From contig JAQCIK010000004.1 of NCBI GenBank assembly GCA_027592035.1, positions 46,509 to 110,508 of the forward strand: 64,000 nt of DNA, read 5' to 3'. The notes beneath the pieces are model-generated. The model had not been told where the DNA came from. It did not search any database and worked only from the letters and a program-made list of their open reading frames with translations. Positions 38,830-47,773 of this stretch are shown here, one piece after another. The stretch is from Actinomycetota bacterium (GTDB taxonomy: Bacteria > Actinomycetota > Acidimicrobiia > Acidimicrobiales > Ilumatobacteraceae). The stretch's first letter is position 1, and every line of letters begins with the position of its first letter. Made by a program: the position numbers and the translations under genes.

Positions 38830-39699
38830 ATGCAACCTCGCTTCGAATCGGTCCAACAGGTACGTGACGGTCTTCGTGACGTGAGCTACCTCGCGGACGA
38901 CGGAATCGCCGGCGTGGCCTTCCTCGCCGACCGGTTGGGCAAGCCCGTCCTCGTCGAAGGTCCGGCCGGCACCGGAAAGACCCAGCTCGCCAAGAGCATC
39001 GCCGAGCTCACCGGCGCCCGACTCATCCGTCTGCAGTGTTACGAGGGTCTGGACGAGTCGAAGGCGCTCTACGAGTGGAACTACAAGAAGCAGCTGCTGC
39101 GCATCCAGGCCGACAAGAACAGCGACTCCTGGAGCGAAGTGCACGACGACATCTTCAGTCGTGAGTTCCTCCTCACCCGTCCGTTGCTCGAAGCCATCAG
39201 CGCGAGCGATCCGGTCGTTCTCCTCATCGACGAAGTCGACCGCGTCGAGGTCGAGACCGAAGCTTTGCTACTCGAGATCCTCTCGGAGTATCAGGTGTCG
39301 ATTCCCGAACTCGGCACGATCACCGCGGCTCAGATCCCACTGGTCTTCCTCACCTCCAACAACACACGCGAGCTGTCGGAAGCCCTGAAGCGCCGTTGCT
39401 TGTACCTGCACGTCGACTACCCGAGCATGGAGCGCGAGAAAGAGATCGTGTTGGCCAAGGTCGAGGGCATCACCGAGCACCTGGCCGATCAAGTCGCGCG
39501 TATCGTGCGGAGTATTCGTCAACTCGATCTGAAGAAGGCGCCGAGTGTCAGTGAGACTCTCGACTGGGCACGAACCCTGTTGTTGTTGAACGCCGACACC
39601 GTCGATGTCGAGACCGCCAAGAGCACCCTTCACGTGCTGTTGAAGTATCAGACCGACATTGCGAAGGCGGCCAAGGAACTGTCGGTCGACCCGGCCTGA
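38830..39699 (+). CDS. MoxR-family AAA+ ATPase (CoxD-like)
   Basis: Walker A GPAGTGKT, LIRLQCYEGLDESKALYEWNY, Walker B VLLIDEVDR. Confidence 0.85.
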   Translation: MQPRFESVQQVRDGLRDVSYLADDGIAGVAFLADRLGKPVLVEGPAGTGKTQLAKSIAELTGARLIRLQCYEGLDESKALYEWNYKKQLLRIQADKNSDSWSEVHDDIFSREFLLTRPLLEAISASDPVVLLIDEVDRVEVETEALLLEILSEYQVSIPELGTITAAQIPLVFLTSNNTRELSEALKRRCLYLHVDYPSMEREKEIVLAKVEGITEHLADQVARIVRSIRQLDLKKAPSVSETLDWARTLLLLNADTVDVETAKSTLHVLLKYQTDIAKAAKELSVDPA

Positions 39700-39717
39700 C
39701 CCGACCACCGAGGAATC

Positions 39718-41154
39718 GTGCTCGACCTACTGTCCGGTTTCGTCCAAGAGCTCCGCAACGCGGGGCTACCTGTGTCGCTCACCGAGAACCTCGACGCCAT
39801 GGAGGCGGTCCGACACATCCCGATCGAGGATCGTGACGCGTTCAAATACGCGCTCGGTGCGACGCTGGTGAAGAACAGTGCGCATTGGAGATCGTTCGAA
39901 ACCGTCTTCGAGGTCTACTTCTCACTTCGTGGTCCCGAATACGCGTTGGTCGACGGATCTCCCGAAGAACTCGACGAGTTGTGGCGCGAGATGCAGGAGC
40001 AGATGCAGCAGGCCGATGGTCGGGGAGCCTCGGGGGGAATGGAATCCCTCACTCCCGAAGAAATGGCGCAGATGCTCATGCAAGCGCTCATGAAGGGCGA
40101 TCAAGCGATGATGAGGGCTCTGGCTCGTCAGGCGGTCCAGCGGTTCGCCGGCATGGAGCCCGGTCGCCCGGTCGGTGGCACGTACTACTTGTACCGGACT
40201 CTGCGGAACCTCGATCTCGACGGCATGTTGCAAAAGCTGATGGACGCCAGCCGACATGAGGTCGGCGGCGAACTGACTCCTCTCGAAGAGCGCCTCGAAC
40301 GCGACGAGTACGAAACACGGATCGAGAACTTCAAGAAGGAGATCGAAGCCGAGATCCGCCGCCGGTTGGTCGCCGATCGCGGCGCCGAGGCCATGGCCAA
40401 GACTCTTCGGAAACCGCTGCCCGAAGACGTCGAGTTCATGCACGCCAGCCGTGACGAGATGGCCCTTCTCAAGAAATCGCTCTACCCCCTCACTCGTAAG
40501 TTGGCGGCTCGACTGGCTCGGAAACGCCGACATGGGCGCAAAGGCCCACTCGACTTCCGGAACACAGTGCGTCATTCGCTGTCGTACGGTGGCGTACCGG
40601 CCGATCCGAAGTTCAAGTATCCGCGACCGGCCAAGCCCGAATTGATGGTGGTGGCCGACATCTCGGGAAGTGTCGCCGCCTTCGCACGATTCACCTTGAT
40701 GCTCGTGTACGCGATTCAGAACCAATTCTCGAAAGTGAGATCCTTCGTCTTCATCGACGGACTCGACGAGGTGACCGACTTCTTCCGCAACACCGAAGAC
40801 ATCACCGAAGCGATCCACCGTGTCAACACCGAAGCCGATGTCGTGTGGGTCGACGGGCACTCGGACTACGGACACGCCTTCGAGGTGTTCTGGGAGAAAT
40901 ACGGCAAGGATGTCGGCCCGAAGACCACGGTCCTTCTCCTCGGCGACGCCCGGAACAACTACCACGCGTCGCAGGCGTGGGTCGTGAAGGAGATCGAACA
41001 GAAGGCCCGTCACGTCTATTGGTTGAATCCCGAACCGCGTTCGTACTGGAACACGGGTGACTCGATCGTCGGCGAGTACGGCACCTACACCGATGGGGTC
41101 TTCGAGTGCCGCAACCTGCGTCAGTTGGAAGCTTTCGTCGAGAAGTTGGCCTGA
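39718..41154 (+). CDS. VWA domain protein, CoxE-like
   Basis: N-terminus LLSGFVQELRNAGLPVSLTENLDAMEAV is typical of CoxE-like proteins. C-terminal VWA with MIDAS DISGS. GTG start 18 nt after the MoxR stop. Confidence 0.8.
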   Translation: MLDLLSGFVQELRNAGLPVSLTENLDAMEAVRHIPIEDRDAFKYALGATLVKNSAHWRSFETVFEVYFSLRGPEYALVDGSPEELDELWREMQEQMQQADGRGASGGMESLTPEEMAQMLMQALMKGDQAMMRALARQAVQRFAGMEPGRPVGGTYYLYRTLRNLDLDGMLQKLMDASRHEVGGELTPLEERLERDEYETRIENFKKEIEAEIRRRLVADRGAEAMAKTLRKPLPEDVEFMHASRDEMALLKKSLYPLTRKLAARLARKRRHGRKGPLDFRNTVRHSLSYGGVPADPKFKYPRPAKPELMVVADISGSVAAFARFTLMLVYAIQNQFSKVRSFVFIDGLDEVTDFFRNTEDITEAIHRVNTEADVVWVDGHSDYGHAFEVFWEKYGKDVGPKTTVLLLGDARNNYHASQAWVVKEIEQKARHVYWLNPEPRSYWNTGDSIVGEYGTYTDGVFECRNLRQLEAFVEKLA

Positions 41155-41155
41155 G

Positions 41156-41785
41156 TTGACGCGGTTCGTCTTCGTGCGGCACGGCGAGTCGCAAGTGACC
41201 GTCGATCGGGTGGTGGGTGGCCCGCGTTCGTGTCGCGGACTCTCCGATCTCGGACGGGTCCAGGCCGAGAGACTCCGGGATCGCTGGTCGACGCAGCCCG
41301 AGTTGTCCTTCGACGCCGTGTACTCGAGCGCCTATCCCCGGGCCCGCGAGACGGCGGAGATCGTTCTGCCATCGCTCGGACAGATGCCGCTCGAGATCGA
41401 TGTCGAGCTCGGTGAGCACGATCCCGGTCCCGATTGTGACGGACTGACCTACGTTCAATTCGAGGAGAAGTTCGGGAATCCCGATTGGGAGGCCGATCCG
41501 TACGGCGTCACCTTCCCGGGCGGGGAGACCATCGCCGAGTTCCAGTTGCGGATCGGCTCGGCCGTGCGACGCCTCTGTGAGCGCCATCCGGAATCGACGG
41601 TCGCCGTCTTCTGCCACGGAGGAGTGATCGACACCGTTCTGCGTCAATCTCTCCGAGTCTTCGGCACCGGTCAGTTCGAGATCCACACCAAGAACACTTC
41701 GGTGACCGAACTTGAACTCGTCCGTACCGGCCGTTGGAGATTGGTCCGTTACAACGACGTCGCACACCTCGCCGGTCTGCCATGA
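41156..41785 (+). CDS. Histidine phosphatase (phosphoglycerate mutase) family protein
   Basis: TRFVFVRHGESQ (RHG motif)...FCHGGVI. A TTG start at 41156, 1 nt after the VWA stop, is inferred. The track ORF from 41057 overlaps the VWA gene. Confidence 0.75.
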   Translation: MTRFVFVRHGESQVTVDRVVGGPRSCRGLSDLGRVQAERLRDRWSTQPELSFDAVYSSAYPRARETAEIVLPSLGQMPLEIDVELGEHDPGPDCDGLTYVQFEEKFGNPDWEADPYGVTFPGGETIAEFQLRIGSAVRRLCERHPESTVAVFCHGGVIDTVLRQSLRVFGTGQFEIHTKNTSVTELELVRTGRWRLVRYNDVAHLAGLP

Positions 41786-43188
41786 CGAGAACCCGAGCCA
41801 TCGTGATCGGGGCCGGCTCGGCCGGATCGGTGATGGCTCGTCGACTCGTGGACGCCGATTTCCAAGTGACGCTCGTGGAAGCAGGGCCCGACGGAGTCGC
41901 ACCACCAGGTGTCGCCAGTTCCTCTTTCTTCGATGCGCTGGCCGAACCCGGGAGAATCTGGCCCGACCTCATGGCGACACGAGTCTCGGGACGACCGGAG
42001 ACCCTGTACGCACGAGGTCGCGGAGTGGGCGGGTCGTCGGCGGTGAACGCCATGATCGGTCTGTGGGGTGAGCCCGACGACTACGACCGCTGGGAGCGAG
42101 ATCACTTCTGCACGGGTTGGTCGTGGAAGGACGTTCTTCCGGTCTTCAAGCGCATGCCGGTGCCCCTGCGTACCCCGCGACTCCACGAAGTCGGTCCGGT
42201 CGGTCGTGCGATTGCGTCCATCGGACACGACGAAGGGTGGGTCGAACACGTCGGACCAGGAGCCGTCGGACCTCTCGGGCGCGACGTCGGTGCTTGCCGT
42301 CTCACTCAGGACACCGAAGGCCGTCGGGTGAGCGCGTTCGGTGCCTATGTGTCACCGGTTCGATCCGACCCACGTCTGGTGGTTCGAACCGATGTCGAGG
42401 TCGATCGAGTGGCGATCGAGAACGACCGGACGACGGGTGTCGTGCTCGTCGATGGAACGGTTCTGGACGCCGAAGTGGTGGTCGTCGCGGCCGGGGCGAT
42501 CGAGACGCCCCGTATCTTGTTGCGATCCGAATTGGAGAACCCACACGTGGGTGTCGGCATCCAGGATCATGCAGCGGCCACGTTCACCCTCGCCATGAAA
42601 GAGGAGTGGAGTGTCGAGGGTCTCGCCGTCGGGGTCGTCGGTCGCTTCACGTCGGGTCGAGCGCCCGCTGATCTTCAAGTGCTGCCGATCGATCATCTGG
42701 GTCCGGATGCTCCGGGATTGGCCGTCCTCAACGTCGCTCTCATGAACGTGCACTCGCGTGGAGTCGTCGATCTCGATCGTGTGTCGTTCGACATGCTGAG
42801 CGACGAACGTGACCTGGCGACTTTGGTCGACGGTGTTCGAACCATTCGTCCGTGGTTCGCGAGCCGACCTCTCACCGACGTCGTGTCGGCGGTTCTGATC
42901 GACGATCGGGGAACTCCACTCGATGCCCTCGGAAGCGGCGACGACTCACTTCGCCAGTGGGTGACCTCGGTGACTGGCGATTACGTGCATGCGGCCGGAT
43001 CCTGTTCCATGGGGCGTCGTGGTGAGTCGGTCGTCGACCCGTCGGGTCGTAGTTGGGACGTGGAAGGTCTGTGGCTCGCCGATGCATCGGTCATGCCGCG
43101 TCTGCCGCGTGCGAACACTCACCTCCCGACCGTGATGGTGGCCGAGCGAGTGGCGGAGTTCCTGGTGGGAGCCACCTCAGCGCGGTGA
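41782..43188 (+). CDS. GMC family FAD-dependent oxidoreductase
   Basis: AIVIGAGSAGSVMARRL (GxGxxG)...GRGVGGSSAVNAM...VHAAGSCSMG...LADASVMP. ATGA overlap with the phosphatase stop. Confidence 0.8.
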   Translation: MTRTRAIVIGAGSAGSVMARRLVDADFQVTLVEAGPDGVAPPGVASSSFFDALAEPGRIWPDLMATRVSGRPETLYARGRGVGGSSAVNAMIGLWGEPDDYDRWERDHFCTGWSWKDVLPVFKRMPVPLRTPRLHEVGPVGRAIASIGHDEGWVEHVGPGAVGPLGRDVGACRLTQDTEGRRVSAFGAYVSPVRSDPRLVVRTDVEVDRVAIENDRTTGVVLVDGTVLDAEVVVVAAGAIETPRILLRSELENPHVGVGIQDHAAATFTLAMKEEWSVEGLAVGVVGRFTSGRAPADLQVLPIDHLGPDAPGLAVLNVALMNVHSRGVVDLDRVSFDMLSDERDLATLVDGVRTIRPWFASRPLTDVVSAVLIDDRGTPLDALGSGDDSLRQWVTSVTGDYVHAAGSCSMGRRGESVVDPSGRSWDVEGLWLADASVMPRLPRANTHLPTVMVAERVAEFLVGATSAR

Positions 43189-43238
43189 GCGGCCACTGAC
43201 GACGGTGCCGTGTCACACCCCTTTGGTCCACTTGGACC

Positions 43239-43475
43239 ATGAGTTCCTTCACATCCCGTCCCGGCACGCCGTCGATCGTCATCGATTGTCAGACCTGTGT
43301 GGCCAAAGACACCGACGCGTGTACCGATTGCATGGTGTCGTATCTGTGTCGAGACGAGGCCTCCACTGCCGTGGTCTTCGATCTGGCCGAGTGGCGCGCG
43401 GTGCGCGTTCTCGCCGAAGCCGGTCTGGTGCCTACGCTTCGACATCGTGCGTCCGCTGAAGTCTCCGCCTCCTGA
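43239..43475 (+). CDS. Small Cys-rich hypothetical protein (78 aa)
   Basis: IDCQTCVAKDTDACTDCMVSYLC followed by FDLAEWRAVRVLAEAGLVP. Protein-like composition, whereas the overlapping frame (43297...) is W/C/R/P-rich here. Confidence 0.5.
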   Translation: MSSFTSRPGTPSIVIDCQTCVAKDTDACTDCMVSYLCRDEASTAVVFDLAEWRAVRVLAEAGLVPTLRHRASAEVSAS

Positions 43476-44622
43476 CGCCTCCTCGTCCGAATATCTCGAG
43501 GAGTTACTCGAGTTCGCCCGATCGCGTGGCCTCGATCGGGTAGGGGTGACCGATGCCGGAATTCTCGAACGGTCACGGGTCGCCTTGGTCGACCGACGTG
43601 ATGCCGGTCTGTCCGACACGATGGGCTTCACCTTCCGCGATCCGATCCGATCGACCGATCCCGATCGAGCCGTCGAGGGGGCGCGGTCCATTCTCGTCGG
43701 GGCTCTCAGTTACGCCGAGATCGCACACGAAGGGCCCGGCGGGGAGACACTCGACGAGTCACCTGACGAGAACGTGGTCTCGGCGCGGGTGGCGCGCTAC
43801 GCCCGTCACGATTTCTACACGCCGTTGCGGCGTGCGCTTCAGGACGTGGCGCTACGACTGCGCGCCGATGGATTCCGTGCCGTCGTCTTCGCCGACGAGA
43901 ACGATCTCGTCGATCGTGAGGTGGCGTGGCGGGCCGGCCTCGGATGGTGGGGAAAGAACGCCAATCTCCTCCTACCCGGTGCGGGAAGTTGGTTCGTTCT
44001 CGGCTCGGTGGTCACGACGGCCCCTCTTCGCGTCTCGACCGGTCGGGCCGCCGATGGGTGCGGTTCGTGTCGACGATGCCTCGACGATTGTCCCACCGGG
44101 GCGATCGTCGCTGACGGCGTCGTCGATGCGCGTCGTTGTCTGGCCTGGCTCGTGCAAAAGGTCGGCATCTTTCCCCGCGATCACCGAGTCGCACTCGGCG
44201 ATCGCATCTACGGCTGCGACGACTGTCAGGAGTCGTGTCCGCCCACGGTTCGTCTGTCGAGTCGGGTCCCGGCCCGTTCGATGGTCGAGGGAACCGGGCC
44301 TGTGGTCGACGTGATCGATCTGCTGAAGGCGACCGACGAGCAACTTCTCGATCGCTACGGAAGATGGTACGTCCCCGAACGTGACCCTCGCTGGCTCCGG
44401 CGCAATGCGCTCGTGATTCTCGGCAATGTGGCTCCTGTCCCGGTCAGCGAATCGGTCCGTATGGTGCTTCACCACTACCTTTCTCACCATGATCCGATGT
44501 TGCGGGCTCATGCCGTCTGGGCGGCTCGCCGACTCGGCGCCGACGATCTCCTCGAACTGGTGCGCAACGACACCCATCCCGATGTCGTCGCTGAAGTGAG
44601 TCAGCCGGTTCCGCTGCGATGA
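43447..44622 (+). CDS. queG: tRNA epoxyqueuosine(34) reductase
   Basis: GWWGKNANLL...CGSCRRCLDDCPTGAI...YGCDDCQESCP, plus a C-terminal HEAT-like region. GTG at 43447 chosen, overlapping the small ORF by 29 nt. The start is uncertain. Confidence 0.8.
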   Translation: MRPLKSPPPDASSSEYLEELLEFARSRGLDRVGVTDAGILERSRVALVDRRDAGLSDTMGFTFRDPIRSTDPDRAVEGARSILVGALSYAEIAHEGPGGETLDESPDENVVSARVARYARHDFYTPLRRALQDVALRLRADGFRAVVFADENDLVDREVAWRAGLGWWGKNANLLLPGAGSWFVLGSVVTTAPLRVSTGRAADGCGSCRRCLDDCPTGAIVADGVVDARRCLAWLVQKVGIFPRDHRVALGDRIYGCDDCQESCPPTVRLSSRVPARSMVEGTGPVVDVIDLLKATDEQLLDRYGRWYVPERDPRWLRRNALVILGNVAPVPVSESVRMVLHHYLSHHDPMLRAHAVWAARRLGADDLLELVRNDTHPDVVAEVSQPVPLR

Positions 44623-45740
44623 AGCACCTTCTCGTCACCAACGACTTCCCGCCCAAGATCGGTGGCATCCAGTCGCTCCTGTGGGAGTGGTGGCGACGTC
44701 TTCCACCCGACTCGTTCACGGTTCTGACGAGCCCCTACGCAGGATCCGAGGAGTTCGACGCGGCTCAGCCGTTTCGCATCGAACGCACGCGCGAACCCGT
44801 TCTCTTGCCGCATCCGTGGATGGTGCGTCGTATCGAGTCACTCGCCACCGAGGTCGGCGCTGATCTCGTGGTTCTCGACCCCGCCGTACCCCTCGGCATC
44901 GTCGGACCTTTCTTGTCCCGTCCGTACGACGTCGTACTGCACGGTGCCGAAGTGACCGTCCCCGGTCGACTCCCGGTGTCGCGTCAGGTGCTCGGTCGTG
45001 TTCTTCGCAAGGCTCGTCACGTGATCGCTGCTGGTGGGTATCCAGCAGCCGAGGCCGAGCGCGCCGCGGGTCGACCGCTCGACGTGACGGTCGTGCCTCC
45101 GGGGGTCGACATCGAACGTTTCGTCCCCCTCGAGCCCGACGCCCGAGTCGCGGCTCGACGACATTTCGGACTCGACGACGACGCCGAAGTCGTGGTCGCC
45201 GTGAGTCGACTCGTCCCTCGCAAGGGTTTCGACACGGCGATCCGAGCAGTGGCCCGCCTGTCGGCCCGTCGTCCGGATCTCGTCCTCGTCATTGCCGGAG
45301 CCGGTCGGGATCGCGAGCGTCTCGAGAAGTTGGCCAGCGCGGAATCAGCACCCGTACGTTTCCTCGGTCGTGTGTCGAACGACGATCTTCCGATCCTCTA
45401 CGGGTGTGCCGACGTCTCGGTGATGATGTGTCGCAATCGTTGGGCCGGACTCGAACAGGAAGGTTTCGGCATCGTCTTCGTCGAGGCGGCAGCGTGTGGT
45501 GTGCCGGCGATCGCCGGCGCGAGCGGAGGTGCGGCCGAGGCGGTGGCCGACGGAGTCACCGGTTTCGTCGTGGCCGACCCGCGCGATGTCGCAGAGGTCG
45601 TGAGTCGTCTCGACCACATGCTCTCCCAACCCGACCGGCGGGTCGCCATGGGTCGCGCCGCTCGTGAACGAGTCGAATCCGAATTCTCGTACGACGTCTT
45701 GTCGCAACGTCTCGGACGTGCTCTCGGGGTGTGGTCGTGA
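44619..45740 (+). CDS. GT4-family glycosyltransferase (PimB-like mannosyltransferase type)
   Basis: MKHLLVTNDFPPKIGGIQSLLWEWWRRLP...EGFGIVFVEAAACGVPAIAGASGG (E-x7-E region). ATGA overlap with the queG stop. Confidence 0.85.
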   Translation: MKHLLVTNDFPPKIGGIQSLLWEWWRRLPPDSFTVLTSPYAGSEEFDAAQPFRIERTREPVLLPHPWMVRRIESLATEVGADLVVLDPAVPLGIVGPFLSRPYDVVLHGAEVTVPGRLPVSRQVLGRVLRKARHVIAAGGYPAAEAERAAGRPLDVTVVPPGVDIERFVPLEPDARVAARRHFGLDDDAEVVVAVSRLVPRKGFDTAIRAVARLSARRPDLVLVIAGAGRDRERLEKLASAESAPVRFLGRVSNDDLPILYGCADVSVMMCRNRWAGLEQEGFGIVFVEAAACGVPAIAGASGGAAEAVADGVTGFVVADPRDVAEVVSRLDHMLSQPDRRVAMGRAARERVESEFSYDVLSQRLGRALGVWS

Positions 45741-46222
45741 ACGAGTTCCTTCCCGGTCGGCTCATCGTGCGCATCGATCTGGTCGGCACGGCCGTGTTCA
45801 CCGTGTCGAGTGTTCTTGCGGCGATCGTCTTCGACGGTTGGATCCAAGTGCAAGGGGTCGTGGTCGCTCTCGCGCTCTTCACCGTGGGAGTCGTCGCATT
45901 CCTGTGGGGCTACTGGGCGGCCGTCCAGCGCAGTCGTCGTGACGAATTGGCGGTGGCCGAGCTGTACTTCTTGCTCGGGCCGGCCATTCCGTCTCGGGTG
46001 AAGCGTGTGCTGAACGGTTGCCTCATGGCCCAGACCCTGGTGGCCCTCGCCACGGCACTCGCTCGGCCGTCGACACCGTCGGACGGTGGAGCGAGTGGAG
46101 GTTCGACGGCCGGATCGACGCTCGCGTTCGGAGTCTTGGTTCCGGTCCTCGGGCTCGGGTTGAACGGACTGTGGGCCGCCCTTCACGGTCGTTTCCCACC
46201 TCGTCGCGTCTCGGTCGGCTAG
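45731..46222 (+). CDS. Hypothetical membrane protein (about 4 TM segments)
   Basis: Hydrophobic segments LVGTAVFTVSSVLAAIVF, VVVALALFTVGVVAFLWGYW, and others. 10-nt overlap with the GT4 gene. The 3' end lies in a duplicated 44-bp unit. Confidence 0.6.
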   Translation: MVVNEFLPGRLIVRIDLVGTAVFTVSSVLAAIVFDGWIQVQGVVVALALFTVGVVAFLWGYWAAVQRSRRDELAVAELYFLLGPAIPSRVKRVLNGCLMAQTLVALATALARPSTPSDGGASGGSTAGSTLAFGVLVPVLGLGLNGLWAALHGRFPPRRVSVG

Positions 46223-46266
46223 CCCTTCACGGTCGTTTCCCACCTCGTCGCGTCTCGGTCGGCTAG
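46179..46266 (+). repeat. Perfect 44-bp tandem duplication (two copies) spanning the stop codon of the membrane-protein gene
   Basis: cccttcacggtcgtttcccacctcgtcgcgtctcggtcggctag at 46179-46222 and again, identical, at 46223-46266. Confidence 0.95.
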
Positions 46267-46275
46267 AAATAAGGG

Positions 46276-46710
46276 ATGGCCGACACCGCATCGCTCACCA
46301 TTTCGATCGCGGCACCTCTCGAACGGTGTTGGGCGATCGCCACCGATTTCGAGAAGTATCCCGAGTGGGCGACCGACGTGAAGTCGGCGGTGGTTCGTCG
46401 ACGCGACGCCGAGGGTCGGGCGATCGAGGTCGAGTTCCGCACCTCGGCGCTGGGTCGAAGCACGCACTACGTCTTGGCCTACGACTACTCGGCAGCCCCT
46501 CACCGACTGGCATGGAAGATGGTGTCCGGAGACATCATGCGGGCGGTCGACGGCGCCTACATGTTCGCGCCCGACGCCTCCGGCGGGGTGGTGCTCACCT
46601 ACAACCTGTCGATCGATCTCATCGTGCCCCTGCCGGGGTTCGTCAAGAGGCGAGCCGAGGTTCGCATCCTCAACACGGTGAAAGAACTCAAGGTTCTCGC
46701 CGAGTCCTGA
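46276..46710 (+). CDS. SRPBCC (START/polyketide cyclase-dehydrase-like) family protein
   Basis: ISIAAPLERCWAIATDFEKYPEWATDVKS...YVLAYDY...L.W.MV.GD is the typical SRPBCC layout. AAGGGA lies upstream of the ATG. Confidence 0.8.
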   Translation: MADTASLTISIAAPLERCWAIATDFEKYPEWATDVKSAVVRRRDAEGRAIEVEFRTSALGRSTHYVLAYDYSAAPHRLAWKMVSGDIMRAVDGAYMFAPDASGGVVLTYNLSIDLIVPLPGFVKRRAEVRILNTVKELKVLAES

Positions 46711-46719
46711 AGATTTTTC

Positions 46720-47712
46720 GTGTCCGAACCTTCAGGTTTGCGTCTTGGTGTCGACGTCGGTGGAACGAAGTGTCTGGCCGTTGTGGTCGACCCGAGTGGA
46801 GCCGTCGTCGAGAGGAAGAGAGTCCCGACGCCGAGGGGTGCGGCGGCTCTCGAAGAAGTTCTCGTCGAACTCGTCCAGTCGTTCGGGGTGCCCGTCGATT
46901 CCTGGCTGAACATCGGGCTCGGAGTGCCGGGCCTCGTGTCTCGCGAGGGAGTGATCGTGTCGTCGCCGAATCTGCCCGGTATCGAGAACTTCCCCGCTGC
47001 CCGTCGTCTGACCGAGCGACTCGGACGGCTGATTCCGATCGACAACGACGCGAACTGTGCGGCCCGGGCCGAGTGGCGGGTCGGCGCGGCACGAGGTGCG
47101 TCTGACGCGTTGATCGTCACCCTCGGAACCGGCATCGGCGGGGGAATGGTGGTCGGAGGTCGGCTCGTTCGCGGGGCTCATGGTTTCGCGGGCGAGATCG
47201 GTCACGTCGTGGTCGACGCTGGCGGTCGCGAATGTGCGTGCGGTCGTCGAGGTTGTTGGGAGCAGTACGCGTCAGGGACGGCCCTTCGACGCCTGGCGCG
47301 CGAGGCCCTGCTCGACGGTGCCGAGTGGCCGAGGTCGGTGCAGCACCGTGACGATGATGCCGGCGACAATGCCGGCGACAACGCCGGCGATAACGCCGTC
47401 GACGAGGCCGTCGTCGTCCGGCGGGCCGCCGAGGGCGGGAACGAATCGGCATTGCGGGTGATCGACGAGTTCGCGGATTGGGTCGCACTCGGCGTCGCCA
47501 CCTTGATCCATGTGATCGATCCGGAGTCGGTGGTGATCGGAGGTGGAGTCGCGCATCGGGCCGAGGTCGTACGCCATGCGGTCGAACGCCACCTCGCCGA
47601 TCATCTCTACGCGTCTCACGTCCGTCCCCATCCGCCGGTCCGGTTGGCCCACTTCGGCGAGGATGCCGGAGCGATCGGCGCCGCCTTTCTCGAGCCCGAC
47701 GACACGCACTGA
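46720..47712 (+). CDS. ROK family glucokinase-like sugar kinase
   Basis: LGVDVGGTKCLAVVVD...NDANCAA...GTGIGGG...GEIGH...CACGRRGCWEQYASG (ROK Zn motif). GTG start. Confidence 0.85.
   Translation: MSEPSGLRLGVDVGGTKCLAVVVDPSGAVVERKRVPTPRGAAALEEVLVELVQSFGVPVDSWLNIGLGVPGLVSREGVIVSSPNLPGIENFPAARRLTERLGRLIPIDNDANCAARAEWRVGAARGASDALIVTLGTGIGGGMVVGGRLVRGAHGFAGEIGHVVVDAGGRECACGRRGCWEQYASGTALRRLAREALLDGAEWPRSVQHRDDDAGDNAGDNAGDNAVDEAVVVRRAAEGGNESALRVIDEFADWVALGVATLIHVIDPESVVIGGGVAHRAEVVRHAVERHLADHLYASHVRPHPPVRLAHFGEDAGAIGAAFLEPDDTH
47359..47406 (+). repeat. In-frame 12-nt tandem repeat (AGDN)x3 plus one degenerate unit inside the ROK kinase gene
   Basis: gccggcgacaat gccggcgacaac gccggcgataac gccgtcgacgag. 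Confidence 0.9.
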
Positions 47713-47773
47713 ATTCCGCATCCGGACGAAAGGACCCGGGTTCGCCGGACCTCGGGCAGTAGCGTCGTCAGTC

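Noticed and set aside
38830-41154. MoxR-VWA pair as an anti-phage conflict system
   Set aside because: The VWA protein looks CoxE-like rather than like the defence-associated VWA partners. No effector, protease or nuclease partner and no neighbouring defence genes are present. It is treated as a chaperone-type module instead.
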